NCBI GenBank assembly: GCA_050697275.1 | Contig: JBOGZI010000160.1 | Location: 1-42,845 of the forward strand | Reading direction: 5' to 3' | Source of the DNA: Solirubrobacterales bacterium | GTDB lineage: Bacteria; Actinomycetota; Thermoleophilia; Solirubrobacterales; 70-9 | Length of the DNA stretch: 42,845 bases | Shown here: piece after piece, positions 8,836 through 17,418 of the stretch | How the letters are laid out: each line of letters opens with the position of its first letter | Numbering within the stretch: position 1 is the stretch's first letter | Notes under the pieces: generated by a model | The model's database searches: none | The model's input: the letters and a program-made list of their open reading frames with translations, nothing else | What the model was told of the DNA's origin: nothing | Program-made: the position numbers and the translations under genes

Positions 8836-9648
8836 TCAGCTGGCGACCTCGACGACGAGGAACTCGGCCTCCTCGCCCTCGGGGGTGCGCTCGCGGATCA
8901 CCTCCATCTTGCGCGCGAGCTTGCGCAGCGACCCGTGGCCGGGGATCTCCATCTCGGCGAGCAGCCGCTCGCCGGCTCCCTCGACCAGGGGGCCGACCCG
9001 CATGTCGAGCGTGCCGTCGCCATCCCGGATCGCGATCCCCAGCTTGCCCCCGGAGAAGTCGACCGCCTTGCCGGCGGAGACGGCATCGCCCAAGAGCACC
9101 GTGTCGGAGAGCCGGTCGACCGAGAGCTCCGCTCTGGCGGCCAGAGCGCGGATCACCCGGGCCAGCACCGGCCGCACCATCTCGCCCGGCGTGATCGCCA
9201 TCTCGAGATCGTCGCTGATCCTTTCCGGCGGGGACTCTCCGTTGTCGCTGCGCTCCCGCTCCGCGTAGGAGAAGCGCACGGTCGTCCGCGTCCCCTCGCC
9301 GGCCCCGCCCGAGATCTCGAAGCTGTCCGAGAGCGATGCGATCAGCGGCAGGCCAAGCCCGAGCGAGGCCTCTCCGGTGGGGTTGGGACGCGGCTCGAAC
9401 CCCTGGCCGTAGTCGCGGATCTCGATCTCCACCTCGTCCCCCTTCGGGGTCGCGGAGACCTCGAGCGGGCCGGCCGCGTCCCGGTAGGCGTGCAGCACGA
9501 CGTTGTTGGCGGCCTCGGTGACCACGGTCTTCAGGTCGGCGACCCTTCCTGGGGAGAGGCCGAGCGCCTCGCCGAGGCCCGCCACCGCCTGGCGGACGAC
9601 GAGCACGTTCTCGGCCCTGGCGGGGAGGGCCAGGCTGAATTCGGTCAT
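8836..9648 (-). CDS. rsbW: Anti-sigma factor serine kinase (RsbW/SpoIIAB-like HATPase_c) with ~135-aa C-terminal extension
   Basis: N-box EAANNVVLHAY, G1 DYGQGF, G2 GLGLPLI lie within the first ~135 aa. Residues 136-270 have no motif I recognise. It overlaps the upstream STAS gene by 4 nt. Confidence 0.8.
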   Translation of the reverse strand: MTEFSLALPARAENVLVVRQAVAGLGEALGLSPGRVADLKTVVTEAANNVVLHAYRDAAGPLEVSATPKGDEVEIEIRDYGQGFEPRPNPTGEASLGLGLPLIASLSDSFEISGGAGEGTRTTVRFSYAERERSDNGESPPERISDDLEMAITPGEMVRPVLARVIRALAARAELSVDRLSDTVLLGDAVSAGKAVDFSGGKLGIAIRDGDGTLDMRVGPLVEGAGERLLAEMEIPGHGSLRKLARKMEVIRERTPEGEEAEFLVVEVAS

Positions 9649-10013
9649 GACGGGCCGGTTCCCGTCCCGTTGGTGACCGCTGCGACGGCCTCGTCGTGGA
9701 CCTCGTAGACGGGCAGGGCGGCCTTCAGCCCCGTCACCTCGAGCACCCTGTGGACCGCCTCAGCGCCACCGGAGTTGACCACCGCGAGCCGCTCGGCCCC
9801 GACGCGGCGCCTCGCGTCGAGGATCGCGCCGAGGATCGAGGAGTCGATGAAGGTGGCCGGGGAAAGATCGACGACGATCGGGGCGCCCTCCCCGATCAGC
9901 TCCTTGAGACGCCTCCCTAACCCAGGCGCCGTGCTGAGGTCGTGCTCGCCGGTGATCATCAGCACTGCCACTCCCGCGTCCGTTCGCTCGAGCGCGATCT
10001 CCCCAGTGCGCAC
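9645..10013 (-). CDS. rsbV: Anti-sigma factor antagonist (STAS domain, RsbV/SpoIIAA-like)
   Basis: 122 aa with a GTG start. STAS pattern with the conserved phospho-acceptor context DLSPATFIDSSILGAIL. Confidence 0.85.
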   Translation of the reverse strand: MRTGEIALERTDAGVAVLMITGEHDLSTAPGLGRRLKELIGEGAPIVVDLSPATFIDSSILGAILDARRRVGAERLAVVNSGGAEAVHRVLEVTGLKAALPVYEVHDEAVAAVTNGTGTGPS

Positions 10014-10021
10014 AACCCGAA

Positions 10022-10049
10022 ACTACCTTGAACCGTTAATGCTCAAACC
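10022..10049 (-). promoter_or_regulatory. Candidate SigB/F-type promoter for rsbV-rsbW, possibly giving a leaderless mRNA
   Basis: Minus strand reads GGTTT-gagcattaacggttcaa-GGTAGT-ttcgggtt-GTG(start). The -10-like element ends 8 nt before the rsbV GTG. The local GC dip is typical of promoters in this genome. Confidence 0.35.
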
Positions 10050-10438
10050 TCCGGCGCGGGAGGCAGCGACGCCGGCTCGGGACGCCGGGCGGCCATTCGC
10101 TCCGCGCGGCGCTGCTGCCAGCGCACCAGGGCGATCGCCAGCACGGTGACCGCGAAGAGCATCGTCGCCACTTGTCGAATCAGGCGCCCGTCGCTTCTCA
10201 GGTTCGGCGACCTTCAGCAGCGAGAGTATGGAACGAAGCAGGCCCGCGGCAAGGGGCGGATGCCAAAAAAGCCGACTCGCTCCTTGTACGATCGGTACAA
10301 GCCGATCTCCAAAGCTTGACCTAAACCTCGCTTGCGGAGAGCGCCATGCATCTCTACGTTTGTTCAACCTGTCGAAGCGAGTCGCCGCGCCGCGCCCGCC
10401 CCGCGCGGGGGCGCAGAAAGAGGAGGAGGTAGGAGGAG

Positions 10439-11836
10439 ATGGCAGCGAGCCCTCAGACGGAGGCCCCGGCGGCCGTCGCCAACCGCGAGGAGCTGCAGGA
10501 GCTCGCCCGCCGCCACCTCTGGATGCACTTCACCCGGATGGGCTCCTTCGGGCCCGAGGTCAAGGTGCCGGTCATCGCCCGGGCCGAGGGCTGCTACGTC
10601 TGGGATGCCGATGGGAACCGCTTGCTCGACGGGCTCTCCGGCCTGTTCTGCGTCAACGTCGGCCACGGCCGTCCGGAGCTTGCGGATGCCGCGGCCACCC
10701 AGGGCCGTGAGCTCGACTACTTCCCACTCTGGAGCTACGCGCACCCGCGCGCGATCGAGCTGGCGGCGCGGATCGCCGGCCTGACGCCGGACGACCTCAA
10801 CCGAGTCTTCTTCACCTCGGGTGGATCGGAGGCGGTGGAGTCCGCGCTGAAGCTGGCGCGCAACTACCACCGCGTGACCGGCAACGGGGCCAAGCACAAG
10901 CTGATCGCCCGGGAGCTCGCCTACCACGGGACCTCGCTCGGGGCGCTCTCCGCCACCGGCATCCCGGCGCTCCGCTCGCAGTTCGAGCCCCACGTCCCGG
11001 GCGGCTGCCACGTGCCCAACACCGACAGCTACCGCTGGCCACCGGACCGCGACCCGCTCTGGGCAGCGGACAAGATCGAGGAGCGCATCCTCTTCGAGGG
11101 GCCGGAGACGGTCGCCGCCGTGATCCTGGAGCCGCTCCAGAACGCCGGCGGCTGCATCCCGCCGCAGGAGGGGTACTTCCAGCGGGTGCGGGAGATCTGC
11201 GACCGGCACAACGTGCTGCTGATCTCCGACGAGGTGATCTGCTCCTGGGGACGGCTCGGCCACTACTGGGGCTGCGAGCGCTACGACTACCTCCCCGACA
11301 TCATCACCACGGCGAAGGCGATGGCCGGCGCCTTCATCCCGATGGGGGCGATGATCGTCTCCGACCGGGTCTACGAGCCCTTCGCGGAGGGCAAGGCGAT
11401 GTTCGCCCACGGATTCACCTTCGCCGCGCATCCGGTCGCCTGTGCGGTGGCGATGGCGAACATCGACATCTTCGAGCGCGAGGACCTGAACGGGCACGTG
11501 CGCGACAAGCAGGGCGAGTTCCGGGCGGCGCTGGAGGGGCTTTACGACATTCCGATCGTCGGCGACGTACGGGGCGATGGCTACTTCCACGCGATCGAGC
11601 TGGTCAAGGACAAGGAGACCAGGGAGACCTTCAACGAGGAGGAATCCGAGGACCTGCTGCGGGGCTTCCTCTCAGGAGAGCTCTATCGCCGCGGGCTGAT
11701 CTGCCGCGCCGACGACCGCGGCGACCCGGTCGTCCAGCTCGCCCCGCCGCTGATCGCCGACACTGAGCAGTTCGAGGAGATCGTGTCGGTGCTGCGCCCT
11801 GTGCTCGAGGAGGCTTCGCAGCGCGTCGGGATCTAG
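10439..11836 (+). CDS. Class-III (omega) aminotransferase, SpuC-like putrescine/diamine:pyruvate aminotransferase candidate
   Basis: 465 aa with RBS aggaggag upstream. It aligns by eye with SpuC-type enzymes: LWMHF, GLFCVNVGHGRPEL, FFTSGGSEA, YHGTS, LISDEVICSWGRLG, PLP-lysine context ITTAKAM. Confidence 0.85.
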   Translation: MAASPQTEAPAAVANREELQELARRHLWMHFTRMGSFGPEVKVPVIARAEGCYVWDADGNRLLDGLSGLFCVNVGHGRPELADAAATQGRELDYFPLWSYAHPRAIELAARIAGLTPDDLNRVFFTSGGSEAVESALKLARNYHRVTGNGAKHKLIARELAYHGTSLGALSATGIPALRSQFEPHVPGGCHVPNTDSYRWPPDRDPLWAADKIEERILFEGPETVAAVILEPLQNAGGCIPPQEGYFQRVREICDRHNVLLISDEVICSWGRLGHYWGCERYDYLPDIITTAKAMAGAFIPMGAMIVSDRVYEPFAEGKAMFAHGFTFAAHPVACAVAMANIDIFEREDLNGHVRDKQGEFRAALEGLYDIPIVGDVRGDGYFHAIELVKDKETRETFNEEESEDLLRGFLSGELYRRGLICRADDRGDPVVQLAPPLIADTEQFEEIVSVLRPVLEEASQRVGI

Positions 11837-11839
11837 GGC

Positions 11840-13390
11840 ATGCTCACGGTTGAGAGCCTCACGTCGGAGCTGGGCCTCGAGATCGCGGCCGGCACCGACG
11901 CGGCCGGCGAGCGCGAGATCCGCTGGGTGCACATCTCCGAGCTCCTCGATCCGACTCCCTGGCTCTCCGGCGGCGAGCTGCTCCTGACCACCGGGATCGC
12001 GCTCGACACGCCCGGACGCCAGCGGAAGTTCATCCGCCTGCTGGCCGACAGCGCGCTGGCGGGACTCGGTCTCGGCACCGGCTTCGACCATCCCGAGCTG
12101 CCCGAGCCGCTGCTGACCGAGGCGGAGAGGGTCGGCTTTCCGCTGTTCGAGGTTCCCTACGAGAAACCGTTCATCGCGATCACCGAGGCGGCCGCGAACC
12201 GGCTCGTCAACGAGCAGTACGACGTGCTCGCCCGCGGCCTCGCCGTCAACGAGCGCCTCGAGAGGCTCGTCCTTAAGGGGGGAGGACTGCAGAAGATCGC
12301 CGCCGAGATCGCGACCGCGATCGGCGGCAGCTCGGTGGTGCTCGGCGCCGCGGGGGAGGCGTTGGCCCACGGCGGCCGGCGCCTCTCCGCCGAGGTCCTG
12401 AACGCGGCGGCGTCCGAGGTCGGATCGCGCGGAGCCCGAGCGGTGCCGTTCGTGCCCGTCCCGGCCCAGCTCGGGGGGCGGGCCCTGGCTCATCCGGTCG
12501 CCCCGCGGGGAGGGCCCGCGGAGGCCTGGCTGGTCGTCGTGCGCCGCGGCGCCGAGCTGGGCGACTTCGAGCGGCTCTGCGTGCAGCAGGCGGCGATCGT
12601 CGTCGCCCTCGAGCTGATGCGCGAGCGGGTGGCGCGTGAGACCGAGCGCCGCCTCTCCGGCGAGGTGCTGGCGGCGACCCTCTCCGGCCGGCTGGCGGCG
12701 GCCGACGTCCGCGACCGCCTGGCGCCCTTCGGGATCGGGGACCGCGCCGCAGTCCTCGCCTTCGAGCTGGCCGACCCGGCGGCCGCGGAGAGCACGCTGG
12801 AGCTGCACCTCTCAGGGGACGGGCGCTCCGCCCTGGTCGCCCCCCACCCGGCGGGGCGCCGCGAGTTGCTCTGCGCGGTGGCCGACGTCGGGGACGAGGA
12901 TCCGATCGAGCTGGCGGCGGGAGCCCGCCGGGCGATCGAGTCAGCCCACGGCCCGACGCGGGCGGCGACCAGTCGCGCGCTTCCGATCGAGCGCCTCCGC
13001 CACGCCTTCCACGAAGCCCGCTGCGCGCTGGAGGCGACCGGCTTCGCGAACGGGTCGACGCCGGAGGTCTCCTCCCACCGTGACCTGGGAGCGTTCACGC
13101 TGCTGCTCTCGGTGCAGGACGACGAGGCGCTTCGCCTCTACTGCGACAGCGTTCTCGGACCGATCGAGGAGTCCGACCAGCGCTACGCCCCCGAGCTGCT
13201 CCGCTCGCTCGAGGCCTATATCGATCGGAACGGGCACTGGGAGCGGGCCGCCGGCGACTGCTACTGCCACCGGCACACCCTGCGCTACCGGATCAAGCGG
13301 GTCGAGGAGCTCACCGGGCGCGACCTGAGCCGCGCGAACGACCGCGTCGAGCTGTGGCTGGCGCTGCGGGCCCGGGAGCTGATCGCGTGA
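11840..13390 (+). CDS. PucR-family transcriptional regulator
   Basis: 516 aa. N-terminal PucR-type domain (IRWVHISELLDPTPWLSGGELLLTTG) and C-terminal HTH (CYCHRHTLRYRIKRVEELTGRDLS). It starts 4 nt after the aminotransferase stop. Confidence 0.85.
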   Translation: MLTVESLTSELGLEIAAGTDAAGEREIRWVHISELLDPTPWLSGGELLLTTGIALDTPGRQRKFIRLLADSALAGLGLGTGFDHPELPEPLLTEAERVGFPLFEVPYEKPFIAITEAAANRLVNEQYDVLARGLAVNERLERLVLKGGGLQKIAAEIATAIGGSSVVLGAAGEALAHGGRRLSAEVLNAAASEVGSRGARAVPFVPVPAQLGGRALAHPVAPRGGPAEAWLVVVRRGAELGDFERLCVQQAAIVVALELMRERVARETERRLSGEVLAATLSGRLAAADVRDRLAPFGIGDRAAVLAFELADPAAAESTLELHLSGDGRSALVAPHPAGRRELLCAVADVGDEDPIELAAGARRAIESAHGPTRAATSRALPIERLRHAFHEARCALEATGFANGSTPEVSSHRDLGAFTLLLSVQDDEALRLYCDSVLGPIEESDQRYAPELLRSLEAYIDRNGHWERAAGDCYCHRHTLRYRIKRVEELTGRDLSRANDRVELWLALRARELIA

Positions 13391-13514
13391 GAAGCGAAGC
13401 GGAGCGGGGTAGCCCGATGAGAGACGCTCAACGCAGAGCCGCCCCCGGAAGCGAAGCCGAGCGGGGTAGCCCGATGAGAGACGCTCAACGCAGAGCCGCC
13501 CCCGGAAGCGAAGC
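13391..13514. repeat. 57-bp tandem direct repeat, 2.2 copies
   Basis: Unit gaagcgaagcSgagcggggtagcccgatgagagacgctcaacgcagagccgcccccg. Copies start at 13391, 13448 and 13505 (the last is only ~10 nt). Copies 1 and 2 differ at one position (g/c at unit position 11). Each unit has an internal gagcg...cgctc inverted repeat. Confidence 0.9.
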
Positions 13515-13532
13515 TGAGGAGGCGGCGTCCTC

Positions 13533-14705
13533 ATGAATGTGGGCGTCCCGACCGAGATCAAGGAGGACGAGTACCGGGTCGCGCTCACGCCGGCGGGGGC
13601 CCGGGAGCTCGCCGAGCACGGCCACGAGGTCCTGATCCAGGGGGGCGCCGGCGAGGGGAGCGCCCTGGCCGACGAGGCCTACGAGGCGCAGGGCGCGCGG
13701 ATCGTCCCCGACGCCGCGGCCGTCTTCGAGCAGGCCGAGATGATCCTCAAGGTCAAGGAGCCGCAGCCCCCCGAGCTGGAGCTGCTGAGGGCCGAGCAGG
13801 CCCTGTTCACCTACCTGCACCTCGCCCCGGCTCCGGAGCTGACCCGCGGGCTGCAGGCGAGCGGCGCGACCTGCGTCGCCTACGAGACGGTCGAGGACGC
13901 GGACGGCAGGCTTCCCCTGCTGGCACCGATGAGCGAGATCGCGGGGAAGATCGCCACCCAGGCCGGCGCCTTCTTCCTCGAGAAGCCGCTCGGGGGGCGC
14001 GGGATCCTGCTCGGCGGCGTCCCCGGCGTGGCGGCGGCAAACGTGATGGTCATCGGCGGGGGCGCGGTCGGCATGAACGCCGCCTTCATTGCGATCGGGA
14101 TGGAGGCGGACGTCTTCATCTACGACGTCTCGATCGATCGGCTGCGCGGGCTCGACATCGCCCTCGGAGGGCGCTGCTCGACGGTCCACTCCTCGACGCT
14201 TGCGATCGAGGAGATGCTGCCGCGGGCCGATCTCGTGATCGGCGCCGTGCTCGTCCACGGGGCGCGCGCGCCCAAGGTGGTCCGCCGCGAGCAGCTCAAG
14301 CTGATGAAGCGGCATGCGGTCCTGGTCGACGTCGCGATCGACCAGGGGGGTTGCTTCGAGACCTCGCGACCGACCACTCACCGGGACCCGACCTTCGAGC
14401 TCGACGGCATCACCCACTACTGCGTCGCCAACATGCCGGGGGCCGTCCCGATCACCTCGACCTTCGCCCTCACCAACGCCACGCTCCCCTATGTGCTGGC
14501 GCTGGCCGACCATGGTGTCGCGGACGCGGCCCGCCGGGATCCCGGTCTCGCCCTCGGTGTCAACGTCGCCGGCGGCAAGGTCACGCATCCGGCCGTCGCG
14601 GAGGCGGTGGGCGAGGAGTATGTGCCGGTCGAGCAGGTGCTCGGCCCCGGACCGGATGGCGCCGTTGACGGCAGGGCGGCCGCGCGGGCGGCGCGGAAGA
14701 CTTAG
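13533..14705 (+). CDS. ald: L-alanine dehydrogenase
   Basis: 390 aa. [21 protein letters not shown]-terminus, NAD-binding [29 protein letters not shown] gaggagg upstream. Confidence 0.95.
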   Translation: MNVGVPTEIKEDEYRVALTPAGARELAEHGHEVLIQGGAGEGSALADEAYEAQGARIVPDAAAVFEQAEMILKVKEPQPPELELLRAEQALFTYLHLAPAPELTRGLQASGATCVAYETVEDADGRLPLLAPMSEIAGKIATQAGAFFLEKPLGGRGILLGGVPGVAAANVMVIGGGAVGMNAAFIAIGMEADVFIYDVSIDRLRGLDIALGGRCSTVHSSTLAIEEMLPRADLVIGAVLVHGARAPKVVRREQLKLMKRHAVLVDVAIDQGGCFETSRPTTHRDPTFELDGITHYCVANMPGAVPITSTFALTNATLPYVLALADHGVADAARRDPGLALGVNVAGGKVTHPAVAEAVGEEYVPVEQVLGPGPDGAVDGRAAARAARKT

Positions 14706-14733
14706 AGATACGGAAGGAGGAGGAGGACGACGG

Positions 14734-16194
14734 ATGGCAGCGGCAACGACAAAGAAGACCAAGGTGCTCGAGCTCAAGAACTTCATCGGCGGCGAGTTCA
14801 CAGATCCCGCCGAGGGCGAGATGGAGGACGTGGTCAACCCCGCCACCGGCGAGGTGATCGCCCGAGCGCCGCTGAGCACCAAGGAGGATGTCGACAGGGC
14901 GGCGAAGGCGGCCCGCAAGGCGTTCGAGACCTGGCGGGACACCACTCCCGCGGAGCGCTCGGTGGCGCTGCTCAAGATCGCCGATGCGTTCGAGCAGCGG
15001 GCGGATGAGATCACCGACCTCGAGACGATGGACGCGGGCAAGCCGCGCCAGGCGATGTTCGACGAGGAGATCGGCCCGATGGTGGACCAGCTCCGCTTCT
15101 TCGCCGGGGCCGCCCGCCTGCTCGAGGGGAGGTCCGCGGGCGAGTACATGAAGGGCCACACCTCGTTCATCCGGCGCGAGCCCGTGGGCGCCGTCGGCCA
15201 GATAACGCCCTGGAACTACCCGTTGATGATGGCGGTCTGGAAGATCGGGCCGGCGCTGGCGGCCGGCAACACCCTGGTCCTGAAGCCGGCCGAGACCACG
15301 CCGGTGACCACGCTCAAGGTGCTGGCCGAGATCTGCGCGGAGCATCTCCCGCCCGGGGTTGCCAACTTCATCGGCGGCCACGGCGAACCGGCTGGGTCCG
15401 CGCTGGTCACCCACCCCGAGATCGACATGGTCTCTCTGACCGGCTCCCCGGAGACGGGCAAGTGGATCGCCAAGGCGGCGGCCGACACGCTGAAGCGGGT
15501 CCACCTCGAGCTGGGCGGCAAGGCGCCGGTGGTCGTCTTCGACGACGCGGACATGGAGCTGGCGATGGAGACGATCGCGGGCACCGGCTACTTCAACGCC
15601 GGTCAGGACTGCACCGCCGCGACCCGGGTGCTCGCGTCGAAGGGCGTCTACGACGAGGTGGTCTCCGGGCTCGCCGAGCAGGCGAAGGACTACAAGACGG
15701 GTGACACCTTCGACGAGGACACCGTGCTCGGGCCGCTCAACTCCGAGCGCCAGCGCGACCGGGTCGAGGGCTTCCTCGAGGGCAAGCCGAAGGGCGCCGA
15801 GATCGTGACAGGCGGCAGGCGCCCCGACCTGCCCGGCTACTTCCTCGAGGCGACCGTGGTCTCGGGGCCCGACCAGTCCTCGGAGATGATCCAGCGGGAG
15901 ATCTTCGGCCCGGTGATCACCGTGCAGCCCTTCGACGACGAGGAGAAGGCGATCGAGTGGGCGAATGGCACCCGGTACGGGCTCGCCTCATCGGTCTGGA
16001 CGCGCGACGTGGGCCGCGCCTTCAGGGTCTCGAAGGCGCTTCGCTTCGGCTGCGTCTGGATCAACGACCACATCCCGATCGTCGCCGAGATGCCGCACGG
16101 CGGCTACAAGCAGTCCGGCTACGGCAAGGACCTCTCGATGTATGCGGTGGAGGATTACACCCAGATCAAACACGTAATGGCCAATCACGCGTGA
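14734..16194 (+). CDS. patD: Gamma-aminobutyraldehyde dehydrogenase (PatD/YdcW-like NAD-dependent aldehyde dehydrogenase)
   Basis: ATG at 14734 follows ggaaggaggaggagg. The track ORF start at 14314 overlaps ald and is rejected. It shows near-colinear similarity to E. coli PatD as I recall it: [66 protein letters not shown]. Confidence 0.88.
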   Translation: MAAATTKKTKVLELKNFIGGEFTDPAEGEMEDVVNPATGEVIARAPLSTKEDVDRAAKAARKAFETWRDTTPAERSVALLKIADAFEQRADEITDLETMDAGKPRQAMFDEEIGPMVDQLRFFAGAARLLEGRSAGEYMKGHTSFIRREPVGAVGQITPWNYPLMMAVWKIGPALAAGNTLVLKPAETTPVTTLKVLAEICAEHLPPGVANFIGGHGEPAGSALVTHPEIDMVSLTGSPETGKWIAKAAADTLKRVHLELGGKAPVVVFDDADMELAMETIAGTGYFNAGQDCTAATRVLASKGVYDEVVSGLAEQAKDYKTGDTFDEDTVLGPLNSERQRDRVEGFLEGKPKGAEIVTGGRRPDLPGYFLEATVVSGPDQSSEMIQREIFGPVITVQPFDDEEKAIEWANGTRYGLASSVWTRDVGRAFRVSKALRFGCVWINDHIPIVAEMPHGGYKQSGYGKDLSMYAVEDYTQIKHVMANHA

Positions 16195-16207
16195 GCGTCC
16201 TCACTGC

Positions 16208-16513
16208 CTAGATGGCGCGGGCGAGGGCGGTGACCGCGCCGGCGACGAAGACCGCGCCCAGCGGCGAGTCCCGCACCGCCAGCAGTCCGCCCGCCGCCCC
16301 CACCCCGATCGCGCGCTCGTCGAGTACCAGCGAGGAGCCCTCGCCGAAGGTCTCGATCACCACCAGCGCAGCGAGCAGCGCCGGCGCCAGCAACCCGACC
16401 ACGGAGAGCGCCCGCGGCGGCAGCTTCCTGCCCCCGAGCAGGACCGGACCGGAGGCCCGGATCAGGGCGGTGCCGGCGATCAGGGTGACGATCAGGACCG
16501 CGATCTCGCTCAC
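16208..16513 (-). CDS. azlD: AzlD-family branched-chain amino acid export accessory protein
   Basis: 101 aa, 3-4 TM segments. It overlaps the azlC stop by 4 nt, which is the typical azlCD arrangement. Confidence 0.75.
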   Translation of the reverse strand: MSEIAVLIVTLIAGTALIRASGPVLLGGRKLPPRALSVVGLLAPALLAALVVIETFGEGSSLVLDERAIGVGAAGGLLAVRDSPLGAVFVAGAVTALARAI

Positions 16514-17253
16514 GGTCCCTCCTCGGCCTCGACCAGCGGCTCCTTCGCCCGCGGCGGCGGCGGCCTGCGCTCGCGCAACCCGAGCAGGGCGCCCGCGCTC
16601 GCCGCGATAACCGGGACTCCCGGTGGCGTGATCGGGGTCAGGACGAGCGCCAGCGCCGCCCCGACCCCGGCCGGGCCGAGGGCGCGGCGCGCCCGCAGCT
16701 CACCCACCAGCAGGGCGAGGAAGAAGGCCGGGAAGAGGGCGTCGAGGCCGAGCGACTCGGGGTCGCCGATCGCGTCGCCCGCGAAGACACCGACCATCGT
16801 CCCGCCCACCCACGCCGGGTAGGTGGGAAGCGTCGCTCCCACCATGAAATCCGGGTCGAACCGCCCGCCGCCGCGGTTCGCCATCGCCCAGGAGGCGTCG
16901 ATCATCGCCTCGCCGTAGGCGGCGCGCAGCAGCGCGCCGCCGCGGAGGGAGGGCGCCAGCGCGATTCCCATCGGCACGTAGCGCGCGTTGAGCAGGGTCG
17001 CGGCCACCACGGCCGCGGCGACGCCGCCGCCCGAGGCGAGGACCGCGGTGGAGCCGAACTGCGCGGAGCCCGCGAACGCGAACGCTGACATCGCCAGCGC
17101 GCCCCCCGAGCCAAGCACCGGCTCGGCGAGGACGCCGAAGGAGATCGCCAGCAGCGCCGCCGCCAGCGCGATCGGGAGCCCGGCGCGGATGCCGGCACGG
17201 AGGGAACTGCGGCGGGCCGCCTTGGAGGGTGGGGCTTCCGCGGGGGCGCTCAT
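16510..17253 (-). CDS. azlC: AzlC-family branched-chain amino acid permease component
   Basis: 247 aa polytopic protein. Motifs: AFAGSAQF, LLNARYVPMG, IDASWA. Confidence 0.8.
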   Translation of the reverse strand: MSAPAEAPPSKAARRSSLRAGIRAGLPIALAAALLAISFGVLAEPVLGSGGALAMSAFAFAGSAQFGSTAVLASGGGVAAAVVAATLLNARYVPMGIALAPSLRGGALLRAAYGEAMIDASWAMANRGGGRFDPDFMVGATLPTYPAWVGGTMVGVFAGDAIGDPESLGLDALFPAFFLALLVGELRARRALGPAGVGAALALVLTPITPPGVPVIAASAGALLGLRERRPPPPRAKEPLVEAEEGP

Positions 17254-17376
17254 CGGGGAGGCACTCTAGGCGCGGCATCCGTGCCGGCCCAGTCGTGATC
17301 GAGGCAGCGCGCGGGCATCAAACGCCCTGTGGCTGGTGCGCCCACACATCCCCCTGTGGACAAGGATCAAAGGCGC

Positions 17377-17395
17377 TCCCGGGAGATACCCGGGA
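17377..17395 (-). terminator. Putative intrinsic terminator of the first NlpC/P60 gene
   Basis: tcccggg-agata-cccggga hairpin lies 24 nt after the stop. On the minus strand it is followed by GCGCCUUUGAUCCUUGU. Confidence 0.4.
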
Positions 17396-17418
17396 ACCCG
17401 CAAATTAGTCCCCTCGGT

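Noticed and set aside
10043-10168. Small single-TM ORF on the minus strand upstream of rsbV (VATMLFAVTVLAIALVRWQQRRAERMAARRPEPASLPPAPEV).
   Set aside because: It is short, has no clear RBS, and its 3' end overlaps the proposed rsbV promoter. Evidence is insufficient.
13391-13514. The 57-bp tandem repeat considered as a CRISPR array, or as a hammerhead-like ribozyme because of the CGAUGAG segment.
   Set aside because: The units are directly abutting with no spacers, there are only 2.2 copies, and no cas genes are present. The hammerhead core needs CUGAUGA...GAAA in a three-stem context, which is not there.
14314-14733. Track ORF starts that extend N-termini far upstream: 14314 for patD, 2424, 28403, 33492, 39126, 18970, 22800.
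   Set aside because: The extensions overlap the preceding gene or a riboswitch and encode Arg/Pro-rich junk. Each is followed by an internal start that has a good RBS and a family-typical N-terminus.
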